A stretch of DNA of 64,000 nucleotides, taken from NCBI GenBank assembly GCA_002269645.1, contig NIVC01000350.1, positions 434,001 to 498,000 on the forward strand, given 5' to 3'. Below, in pieces: positions 47,601 through 58,947 of this stretch. Each line of letters opens with the position of its first letter. Position 1 is the stretch's first letter. The DNA is from Macrostomum lignano. Taxonomy: Eukaryota. The notes under the pieces were generated by a model that saw only the letters and a list, made by a program, of their open reading frames with translations, did no database searches and was not told the origin of the DNA. A program made the position numbers and the translations under genes.

Positions 47601-49727
47601 TGTGTAAATTGTACTTTTCTATTTTTTTGTCATTCGTTATCGCACTCGGGCCGGCCTGCCTGCCTTGTGGGGTGTGGTGGCCTTGGCCACTTTCTCCCCC
47701 TTCTGCTAGGATCCAAAGCAAGCTTTCAAGTGTACATTTAATATTATCGATCGATTATTTAAAACAAGCCTCTAGTGGCTGGTGTTGAGAGTGAGTGGCC
47801 TTGAGTGTACGCGAAAGCAAGAGGAAGCCCATGGGCGGACTATATGAACCTTCCTTTAGTGGAAAGTTGGGCCTTGTGCATTGGATAGTGTACGCTACAC
47901 AAGACAGAAGGTAAAGAGAAAGAGAACGACAGGCTAGCCAATAGCGATAGCATGTGCTTCTTTCTCTCCAGTCCACTATGGTAGGGGGGGGGAGGGGGGT
48001 GTCAGACGGCCCAACTCTAACCCCCATACCCAAAACAGCGTACATGTAGAATAAGAAGGGATTGGGTCCAGATAAGTCTTCCCAAATGTACATGTATGTA
48101 CAAAGACAAACACAGACAAGAAAAATGGCTCTAAAAACCATTGTTATTGTTACACTGTGTGTCTATTTTTATTAACTTGACTTTGACTTGTCTTTACTCT
48201 AGCATGGTCAAGGATAATTACTGTTACTTCATACCTAATTTACAATTAATTGCATAAGATTAAGAAGGAATAATACAATCGAGGTCGAACCCATGATCAC
48301 TTGACCCACCCACCCATGATCACTTCTGATTCTGACCTACATGTATCTACTATATCCTGCCAGTTTCTCCAGTTTTATGGGTCTTGGTGTCGGTGATTCG
48401 AGCAATTCCATTACATTTTATCGGTGCAGTGCGTCTATTAATGCTTAGCTACTTGTATATGTGTTGCAGAACTTATGCTCGTAGTTTCCCTTCTAGGGAT
48501 GTTGACCCCGGGAGTGCTCCCCGGGGGAGCTTGTCGGGAATACTCTCCGGGGAATTTAACCGGGGACCCTGGGGAGAAAAAATATGAAAAAATGCATTTG
48601 TAACTTAATTTTTGCCATTAAAATAAGAAACTGATTCACAGAAAGCTGATTGAAACTCTGTCTATGCTCTTTTACCGCATAATTGCTTATTTCAATGCAT
48701 TACATGTATTTGAAACACAACACACGTTTGATTGTTTTTTCACTAATAAGTCATTCAATCAAGCAAATTGCACGTAGAAAAGAAACCCGTCAGGAAAAAG
48801 AAGCCTTACTGACTAGTGACTGCTGTGTTGGTCTGCGTTGACGGCTTGACGCAGGCGCAGCGCTGCGTCATGCGTCAGGCACTGACGCATAGGGGGTGTC
48901 ATACATATACTCCCTATTAGACAAGGACAAAATGGTGATTTACATATATATGCAAGAAATAAAATTCCGATTATAAAAACAGTCTCATTCATTAATTATC
49001 CTCTCACGAGCGTAGCTGTTTAGCATGCATTCCAACAAATGCACTTTTCCGATAAAGGTGCGCGCACGATTTCGTGATGCCACATTGTCAAATACAGTTT
49101 AAAAAAACATTGTTTAAAATTTTTACCCCTGCGCCTTGAACATGTAGTACAAAGCTTAAATCAAAGTTTAAAAAATTCCACTTACAATCTAAGTGATCCG
49201 CCGTTTTTACTTATTTTTTCTTTTCACCGGGGTCCCCGATAAGATAATTCCCTGGGGAATCGACATCCCTAATTCCCTTCCTATAAATCATTTGACGTTA
49301 GAGACATTTTACAACTCTCGCCCTACTTTATCTATTAGGCTAACTTTATGTATGACACGACGCAAAATATTAGGAGCATCAGCGTTAATAATGCCTTGAA
49401 AGTCTTTAAATAATCGATACAACACTAGGTATTATAAAATTCCAACCCCAAAGCTCACTGGGGCGAAGACTTTGTCTTCATTAACTAGTTAGACTTAAAG
49501 AATCTGAAGCAGTAGTGGAACAACACGAGATTCTGGAAACTATCGGTTACCTTTTCTGCATCCCTGGGATCTTCCATCTCTACAAACGCAAACCCTGGAG
49601 GGTTGCGCGCAACCCAAACATTGCGAACGCGGCCGTAGGATTTGAAAGCGCGTTGAATTTCTCGTTCCTCAGCGTCTCTGGGCAGTTCGCCAACATAGAT
49701 TTTGCAGTCAAGGCGCATGCCACTCAT
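44649..49727 (-). CDS. SRSF7: SR splicing factor SRSF7/9G8-like (RRM + CCHC zinc knuckle + RS). Exons 49727-49551, 46021-45798, 44742-44649 (164 aa)
   Basis: KIYVGEL...[23 protein letters not shown]|[20 protein letters not shown]; [20 protein letters not shown]; [31 protein letters not shown]. Canonical splice sites with phases 0 and 2. SRSF3/SRSF7 co-orthology is possible. Confidence 0.9.
48494..49271. mobile_element. Non-autonomous hAT-like element in SRSF7 intron 1
   Basis: TIR TAGGGATGT(T/C)GA with subterminal inverted ggggaccc..gaaaaaat blocks; 8-bp ttcccttc on both flanks (one extra A on the right). Confidence 0.72.
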
Positions 49728-50760
49728 GGCTGAGTCTCTGGTATGGGCAGGCTGAAAATTAAGTGTTATTGGGGCAGATTTGATTAGGAGAAAAGTGGAT
49801 GTTGTCAACTTACAGCAAGTTTGTTCTAAAAAGCTAAACCTGGCTATCAAGTGTGATTCAGCATGGAGACTGCAATCAAACTATATACTGATTAAAATAT
49901 TCTAAATTAATGACTTCATTTCCAAATATTTTACTTGCTATTTAGTAACCAGCAAACACATGTAGTAGAAGTTATTCTTGAAAATTAAAAAGCCTTTATA
50001 ATTATGCCAAAGCCAAACTGTTAGTTCTGCTCTTGCATTCAAAGACACTTGGGTAAAAATAAAAATAGTAAATTATTGGAGTATATTGTTGAAAAATGGC
50101 TAGGCCTAATGCTAACCTATATTTTTCTAAATTAGAATCAAGGGTCAAAAAGTTGTCATATAATGATATCTTTTTCTATCTTTTTCTAGTTATATAGTCT
50201 TTTTCTATTTTAAAAATCATTAACCAATCCTGCTAAGGGGTTTAAAGATAATGTTTCTTATAATTTTATTATATTGCAGTATAATCATCATCATGTATTT
50301 AAACTCATGCCAACCTTAAATAAATAACAAAGGCTTATCTAATTTATAGATGAACAAAAAATATGAATATTTTATTTATATTTTATAAAACTAGAGTTGT
50401 AATGTGAATATATTAGGTAAATTTGACTGACTGTGGTTTTGTAATTGTTTACTCATAAATTAATAAATAAAATAAATAAAATGTTTTACAACAATATATT
50501 AGAACTTTATATAATATAGCATTAATTATTGCTACAAATAGTATTACTTTCAATAATCTGAAACTAAGTTTATTAAATTGGAAGTTATTTACACTTCTTA
50601 CATTATTGAAGATTATGAAATTAGGTTACTTATTTTAAATACTTATTGTTTCCCTCTATTTTAAGACAAGTTAAGGCGACCAAGGCTAAGGAATCTTACA
50701 GCTGAGCTGTCAATTCATAAATTAAATAAAAGGACTCTGTACATTTATTCATTACACCTT

Positions 50761-51023
50761 GGGCCTTTTCATATTACCAATTCCAGAACCAGAATCGGTT
50801 CGGAATTCCAAGAAAAACAGCAGTATAACTATTAAACTCTGTTAATATTTGACTGCCTTAACAACCTAACTTAGCACAATTTTTCACTTTCATCTTCTTG
50901 GCGATTGTCAATCAAAAATAAAAACTTTATAGCACGTATCTCCCTCTAGTTATGGAGACAAAAAGTTATACTTCACAAATTGGTTCTGGTTCTGGAACCA
51001 GAGCAAGCAATATGAAAAGGCCC
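50761..51023. mobile_element. MITE, PIF/Harbinger-like (3-bp TSD CTT)
   Basis: Perfect 15-bp TIR gggccttttcatatt / aatatgaaaaggccc, CTT on both sides, subterminal ccagaaccagaa inverted repeats. Confidence 0.8.
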
Positions 51024-52449
51024 CTTGTCATTCGCACAATAGATTCTGTAGCAACAGTTAGAATCAACACCCCTTATAATGAGCATTTACTTGAGGAGTT
51101 GAGCAGTGAGAGTGTAAATTTCTCTCTAGGACTACTTCAGTCGCGAGTCTCACAAAAGTTTCTTCTCGCTATGGGTGCTACTTTTGACTGTTGCCGAGTA
51201 TAATTCGATCCATAGTAAGTCCTCAACTGACATCTATTTATGGCGCATTTAGTGGACGCTGCACTTTACCTTTACAAATTTATGCTTCGGCCGTCGTATC
51301 CGTTTAGTCCGTGTGTGTACCTGTAGTAGTGATTTGTGGTAACCAAACAAAGGAAAAATAAAAATGATCGCTTTTAATGCAGTTTTTCTATAGTTTATAA
51401 ATAAAAACAACTGCTTATAATACTTTCTTAAGATATCAGTATTGAATATTGCTTTTATCAAGGTTTTTTGTTTGATTTTAATAAAACTGCGATAACTTTT
51501 AGCAAGCAATTTGCCTAAACCGCTTAAAAAATTGACACTTTAACATGAAAAAATTCATGGACACTGCGCAAACCTAAATCGAAAGTTGTTTGTTTGGCTA
51601 TTCTAGGCCTAGTTCATATAGGCAAACATTTGCTGCAGAATGCAGCCAAGTTGGACTTAATAAGTAAGTACTAAGTCGACTTCAGCTGTAAGTAGAAAGG
51701 AATTGTAAAAATTGTAAAACGTTTCCCTCCCCCTGGAGGGGGTATTTTTTTACTGCCTTGTATTTTGCTTCCATCGCTTCCATCAGAGATGAATTTATGT
51801 CTCTGCCCCCCCCCCCTGATGTGAATCCTGCCTATGTGCCTGGTACTAATAGCAAAAGTTGTTATTTAAATTTAAGACTATCTTAATCTTAGTTTTTTGC
51901 CTGATAATGACACTAGCCACTAGATGATATAGATTATTTAAGTGGAATTTATTCATGACTATTGATTCATGATTCATGAATGATTTATAAGTATGACTAT
52001 TATAATCTAAGATACTTATTTTTATAACTAGATAACTAAATATCTAGTAACTAGTATCTAGTTATTAGAGTTACTAGATACTTATTATTCTTATTATTCT
52101 TATTTATTAGGCCCAATTATTGTCAAAGAAACTTAATGTATACAAGCTAGCCATTTTGATAATAAGTTTATTGCTTGAGCTGTTATTTATACTTTATTAG
52201 GCCTAGTTTTCTAGGCCTATTATATAGAATCACAAGCTGTTGAAACCCGCGGATTTTGAGCCCGGGGAACTCCATTCCCCAGAATTATTTTTGCATGTAA
52301 TCTAAAATCTGAGGTCAAACTCAAACAAAAACTTGTTAATAGTTAGGATGGAGTTAAACATAAAATAGAGTATAGATTCGTGTAAAATTAGGATTTGAAG
52401 CAAACATTGATATTGTTGGCTGGGGTGCTGCGCAGAATGTCAGGCAAAC

Positions 52450-53508
52450 TCTGGCCTCTGCCTCTGCCTCTCCCTATGTACTTTGCATCCTTTAAAACTT
52501 CCATCTTCTTTTCTGTTTCCTATCTTCTCTCACGTCTCTCGTCTCCTCTTTTTCTCCTCTTATCTCTTCTTTCTTCTCTTCTCTGTCCTCTCTCCTCTCT
52601 CCCCTCTTCTCTCGTCTCTTCCCTCTCCCCTCTATTCTTTTCTCTCACCTCCCTTCTCTCTCGTCTTCGCTCTCTTATATCTCATTTCTCTTCTTTTATC
52701 TTCTCTCTCTCTCTTATCTTTTCTCATTTCTCTCTTCTCTCTCTCCTCTCTTCTCTCTGCTCTCTCCTGTCCTATCTCTCTTCTCTCTAATCTCTCCTCT
52801 CTTTCCTCTCCTCTCTCGTCCTTTTCACCAATTTCCCCTGTCCTCTCAATTCTCTCCCTTCCCCTCCTCTCTCCTCACTCACTTCTCATCTCTCCCTTGT
52901 CCCCACATCTCATCTCTTATTTCTTATCTCTCCTCTCTTCTCTCTACTCTCCCATCTCTCGTCTATTCACTCTGGTTTCTGCTCTCTCATCTCCCCTCTC
53001 TCATCTGTCATCTTTACTCTCATATGTTCTCTCACCTCTCTCTTCTTGTACTCCTCTCTTTCCCCTTTTTTGACTCAGGACTCTCTTTCCTTTCTTCTTT
53101 CTTCTCGTCTCTTCTCTTCTCTCTTCTATACTCTCTCCCTCTCTTGTCTTCTCTCTTCTCTCTCCACTCTCCTCTCTCCTCTCTTATATCGTCTGTTCAC
53201 TCTCATCTTTGCTCTCTCATATCCCTCTCTCTTCTGTCATCTCTACTCTCCTCTCTACTGTGTACTCTTCTCTTTCTCCTCTTCTGACTCCTCTCTTTCC
53301 TTACTCCTCTCTTCTCTTCCCTCTTCTATACTCTCACCCCTCTATTCTCTTCTCTCGTCTCTCTGCACTCTGCTCTCTCTTCCTTCATCTCTCATCTCTA
53401 CTCTCTCATCTTTCCTTTCATCTCCCTCATCTCTACAATCTCATCTCTTTTTTCTCTCCTCCTCTTCCCTTTACTCTATCATCTCTCCTTTGTCCTCTCT
53501 TCTTTCTC

Positions 53509-53569
<61 letters not shown>

Positions 53570-53935
53570 ATCTCTTATCTCCTCTCTTCTCACTCCTCTC
53601 TCTCCCCCTCTTATCTCCTCTCTTCTCTATCCTTTCTAATCTCTTCTCTCGATGCTCTCTCATTTGCCTCTCTGTTCTCTCATCTCTCATCTCTTCTCAC
53701 TCTTCTCCACTCTCCTCTCTCATCGATCCTCTGTCTCATCTCTCCCCTCTTCTCTCTCCATCTTCTCACCTCTACTATTTCGTCTCCCTTCTCTCTTCCC
53801 CCTCTCGCTTCTTCGTCCCATATTCTCTGCTCTCTCCTCAACCCCCTCGTCTCTCCTGTTATCTTCTATCTGCTCTCTTATCCCCCTCTCGCCCCTCCTC
53901 CCTTTCTAATAGTCTATTCCTTTTCCTTTTCACTC
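52450..53935. repeat. 1.5-kb degenerate CT-rich (polypyrimidine) tract with a pure (CT)n core at about 53510-53570
   Basis: Almost exclusively C/T on the + strand; the S/L-rich ORFs are artefacts. Confidence 0.93.
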
Positions 53936-54479
53936 TCATCTGGCCCGCAGCCATGAGCTGGATTCTTTATCTGGCCTTTGAGATAAAAATCTGCCGATCC
54001 CTGCTTCGAAAGCCAGTTTGTGCATGGGATGGGAAGTAATACTATCATGGTTGTTATTTGTTATCATTTCTCATGCTTTAATCGCGTCATCTTTCTGGCC
54101 AATTAGCAGCCCTGAGAGGAATTTGTGTATCTCCATTCCCCAGCTCCACCACCAGTCTGCAGCAGTCTAACAACCAAGGAAATACGCATTTCTTCGTAGC
54201 CATTTAAATTTTAAAGTTACCTTATGCGAATCTTAATGTTAAAAGCTTCATGCTTTAACTAACTAATTTAGTAGGATTGCATTGTAATCAGTTATTCATT
54301 AATTTTTCGATATTTTTACAAACCATCCCACATCGCCTTGATTTACCATCCTTGTTTAACTGCTGCAGACTTGTCTATTCAGAGGACAGTGGTTTGAAAT
54401 TGAATCTCTCGCTAAACTCTCTCCTCTCCACGCCTCTCCACTCGCGGGGGTACAGAGAAGGCTATTAAAAAGTTATTCC

Positions 54480-55202
54480 AAAACACTGTACATTCGCTAT
54501 GTACATTGAGCCCTATCGCCTGACCCTTCGTCTGGCTCTGGGGGAATGAGTGAGTGAGTGGCACAAACAACAGAAAAAGCAGACAAACTTTACATGTTTA
54601 CAGTTTCTGTTCTGATTGAGTTAGAGAGTTGAAACTTTACATTTAGACAGAGAATAAGTCAACGAAGAATTGTGTCAAGTTTGAAGTCAATCGCTTTACT
54701 TGGAGCAAACTTATGGCAGCTGAAAGTTAGTCAATTTTGAAACCCTTTTACACATCTGGGCCCAGATCGGGAAAGAGAGGCAGGCGGGCGGAGGTTGGGG
54801 TGGCTGCCTCGCTGAAAAAAACAGCCTAACTTTAAAAGTGCACAGCGGCTTTCAGGATTAACTTTGAGATTTGAAATTTTACACGATTGTGTCAAAATAG
54901 TTGAAAATTGCCTGTGTCAAATTTGAAGAGAATCGGTAGAAGTGGAGCGGCGCTATGGAGGATTTAGTGAAAAAATCGCGCATTTTGAGCAGTTTTTTGT
55001 ACTTTTAGGTAGGAAGACTTGAGTCTAGGAAATTAAAAGGTAGCCTAAGACATTCTCCGTAGTGAGTTTAGGGTGGGTGTAAAGTTTGGTGTAATTTGGT
55101 TGAGTGGTTTGGGAGTCCATAGCGATCAAAATTGTCCACAGACACACAGACAGACAGACAGACAGACACACAGACAGAGTTTTGATTTTTATAGTTAGAG
55201 AT
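54480..55202 (+). mobile_element. Probable non-autonomous Helitron/Helentron-like element with (ACAG)n microsatellite
   Basis: aagtttggtgtaatttggttgagtggtttgggag...(cagaca)n...ttttatagttagagat resembles the 3' end of Lep1/DINE-type elements as recalled; boundaries approximate. Confidence 0.5.
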
Positions 55203-58024
55203 TATTGAATTTCAATAATATTTATTGGCTTAATTATTTAGATTAATAGCCTTTTATACAAATAGCTAATATATTTTCTTTGTGTTTTGCAAGCCTAGTA
55301 TAGGCCTACAAATAGGCATACTATAACTATCTAATATTATCTATTATTATCTATTATTATTTTAATATTATAATGATATAAAAGGAACTATCTAAAAAAA
55401 TTTTTGTTTTCTAGCTAGCAAAGTAGACTTAATTAAAGTAGCCTAAGTTTTTCTGAATCATTAAGCTATTTTCTTATCAAATGCTTGAACATTTTTATGG
55501 TTTAATTAAAAATTTAAAGAGGTAAAGTATTGACTAAGTAGGTTAAGACTCGAAAATGGTTACTTAGTTGTTAGTAGCTCAAATTTTGGCAAAAATTGTT
55601 TAGTTATCTATTATAAGTTTTCTAGATTTCTTAAAAGGAGATTCTATCCTTTAAATCTAAACCTATTGTATTACTTATTCATAACATTCTTAAACTATAA
55701 CTAATAAAATTATAAATGTTAACAATGTTAAATACTTAAATGTAAACTTTAGTTTTCACATTGTTTCACTCTTTCTCTCTCTCTCTCTTTCTCTTTCTCT
55801 TTCTCTTTCTCTCTCTCCCTTCTATGACTAATCATTCTTGTTTGCTATTGCTTTAACCTTACCCATTTGTACATTTGTGCTTGCCAGTATGCATGGTTTT
55901 AACCCCTGCCAATCAGAAGGCATTTGTCTATTGATGTACATGGTTTTGTGTTATAAAGTCAAATAAATACTTTTGTCACTTTGGTATGGTTCTGTTTATA
56001 TCTATCCTTCTTTGCTTGCAAACATGACTTGACTCAGTTTTGCCTAGACTAATAGTTGGTATTTATCTTTATATGCTCATTTGCTAATAAAACTAACTGC
56101 TTTACTTATGATTAGCTATTGGCTAAAATAGTCTATGGTAAATTGGCCATTTTTTTGCTTACTAACTAACAATAGATATAGGCCTATGTTGACAATAAAT
56201 CTATATAACTAAATCTAAAAAGTTTCTATGTAGTGCCAAATGGAACTTGTATTTATATGACTATTAGGGCCTAGATGAAATAGCTCGTAATTGTAAAGTA
56301 GAAGTTTAATATTATACTAGTTATTAAAGTTTCTAGAGTTTTGCCATAATCAAAATTTTCTTATATATATCTATGGTCATATTTTATATTCTTTTTCTAA
56401 TATCTATAGCCTAACTATCTCCATATCTGTATCCATAGCTAGTGAATTTTCTATAACTTTCTTGCCATGGTTGCAGTGTGCCATTGGCATTAGGCATTGG
56501 GACCTCTCACTATTGGCTATTATAGCCACAGGAATGCAGTTATGAATAGAGTTCTATAGAATGCATCTATAGTGCTCAATTCCTATCAATGTAATTGCCT
56601 TTTTGTCTATTCTGTCTTTTCTTTTCCCTTTTCTTTTTTCCTATAGTGTCAAAAATATGTTTGAGTCCCTTAACCTAGGGGCTTAAGAGCTCACTTTGCT
56701 CTACCCCCACTCATCAAATCAATGACTCTAAGACACAAAGAAGGAACGAAAATAGAAGTCTTACAAGAAGTTTAAACATTATGAATGTATTTGAGCTTAC
56801 CTATATGCCTAAATATAATCTCTATTTATGACGATGATCATACAGATGTACATGTAATTAACAATTTCTCACAAATAAACTTTAAAATAATGAATTAAAA
56901 TAGTGTGAAACTTTATTTCTTGCGCGTGAGCATTGATCGCTTTGATTCACTTCTGTCCCAATCTTTCGCAACTTTCTGCTGCGCCTGCTAATGGTACTGA
57001 AACAACCTTCCTATGCATATTTAATTATGAATTTCTTGTCATTAGCTTTTAAGTTTCAAATAAAATAAGTTACTTTTTACCATATGCTTTACTTTTAGTA
57101 GTATTATGCATGCAAGTTTTTAAAATGATTATTTATTACTTTTTTAGCTTTCAAATTGCTTAGATGACCTCTGTGTTTTGCTAAAAAGAGGGAATAGCAA
57201 AGATGTGCAATACAAAGTCTGTTTTGGAAAAAACGTGCAGGATTTCCGTATTTTCTGTGTTAACTTTAACGGATTAATGCTTATTAATGATTATCAGTTA
57301 ACTTTCAGTTAACTTAATGAAATTAGGAGTTAAAAAGTTAAGATTTTTTTGTTTTAACGCTAATGCTTTTGCTATTAACAGAAGTTAAGATTTTCATCAA
57401 CAGTGCCCAACACTGACCATATCCACATCTGTATGCTCTGTCTAAAAACCTCCATATCAATAACTTCCTGTTGCCATATCCATAGCTATGGTAGAACTCT
57501 AGTTTTTTTTAAACTATTCATTTCATATTTTAGCTTTGGATATGATGATAATACTGAAACTATCACTGCATTACATTGTACTGCATATTATGCATTATAG
57601 AAAACATTATGCATTATGCATTGTTTTGACTACATATAGTTTGTCACTTGAAATCTGCTCAATATGTTGTAAATATCTTGATGTGAATAATGTAAATGAA
57701 TAATATTGAATTTTCTGCTACTTTAAAATCCACTCGACTATTTATTCACTAGAAATTTAGCTTGATTCCCTATTTGGCAATTTCTACTATGCTTAAGACG
57801 CCCTGTCTGGAGAAAAGCGTCTAGGCATTGCTGTGCCTATTAGGCCTACTAAATCAACAACTGTTGTTATCTTGACCCACCTGTGGCATAACAGGACAGC
57901 AATGGGCAGATGCCCACGCTCTGGCTTAATACACCTGAGGCGTCACTCATGCCCGCCACCCGCTGCCCAGATCTGTCTGTGCAAATTGACGCACAAGTGA
58001 AAATCGGTGGCATTATTGACTGTC

Positions 58025-58113
58025 TATAAAAAGCTTAGAGGAGTGGATTGCATTAGTTGCATTTAATGTTATTTTCAACTACAATACGTTAAACAAGTCG
58101 GATTTTCGATAAG
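58025..58113 (+). promoter_or_regulatory. Candidate TATA box and non-coding first exon of the LPLA2-like gene
   Basis: TATAAAA at 58025-58031, strong donor AAG|GTAAGT at 58114, acceptor ttttttcag at 58920 lying 27 nt before the ATG. Confidence 0.45.
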
Positions 58114-58339
58114 GTAAGTGGCTGCTTAAACTTCTTATGATAGTTTAAGCTAAGAAGAGAACTACGATTGTAGCTTGTTTACATACATACTTTAGCGCCA
58201 GATTCGTTGCTGTCACGTGGTTAGCTATTCGAATGCAGAAATGTAGTACTTTTGTTATAAATTAGCTGCGTTTAGATTGCTGATAGTGCGTGTGAAAGTG
58301 AAGTTTATGCCTGTTTTGTTTAATGTGAGATGGAAGGAC

Positions 58340-58640
58340 AGAGCCTAGTTTCTTAATTCTTGGCTTTCCTGGGGTCGGAAAACTCCGGCCTGCGAAGCCT
58401 CTCTATCCAGCCATCGGGTCCTTTGAAACTTCACAGCGTCTTCTGTGTCACAGTGTCTCTTTTCAGCGTCTTCTCTTCTCTCCTATCCTATTTTCTCCTC
58501 TCCTCTCCCCTTCTCTCTCATCTCCTCTCTTCTTTCATCTCTCCTTTCCTCTTCTCTCTCTCAACCCTTAAGGTTCTTTTATCTGGCCCTTAAGGTAAAA
58601 ATACTTTGCCGACCTTAGCTTTAAAGCTTTGTCTCAACTC
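58340..58640. repeat. Short CT-rich dispersed repeat related to the 52.4-54.0 kb block
   Basis: A CT tract followed by ttctttatctggcc(c/t)tt.ag.taaaaat..tgccga occurs in both places. Confidence 0.55.
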
Positions 58641-58947
58641 TATCCCAGTTGTGTAGCACTTATGAGTCTGCTTTTAACGGGGATTTCATTAGATATTTTT
58701 CTTCTGTGCTTTTATCACTGACTTTGTGTATCAGTTCATAGTTAAAAATAGCATCTCATATAGCTTGTGCACAAATTAATCTTCAAGTTCAGCAATGGAA
58801 AATTTTCTTATAGTCTCCTATATTATCAGACTATAGTTAAAACAGCTCAAAAGCTACTTAGTAAGTAGTTTATGTGGCGCATTTTTATTGTACTGTAAAC
58901 TGTAAATTCTATTTTTTCAGCAAGCCGAGTGAAAATTTAGCTTAGCA

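Noticed and set aside
52395-54039. S/L-rich 'membrane protein' ORFs
   Set aside because: CT-only sequence cannot encode stop codons, so the long ORFs are compositional artefacts.
57880-57930. Faint resemblance to 18S rRNA (gcataacagg...gatgccc)
   Set aside because: The match is too short and does not extend.
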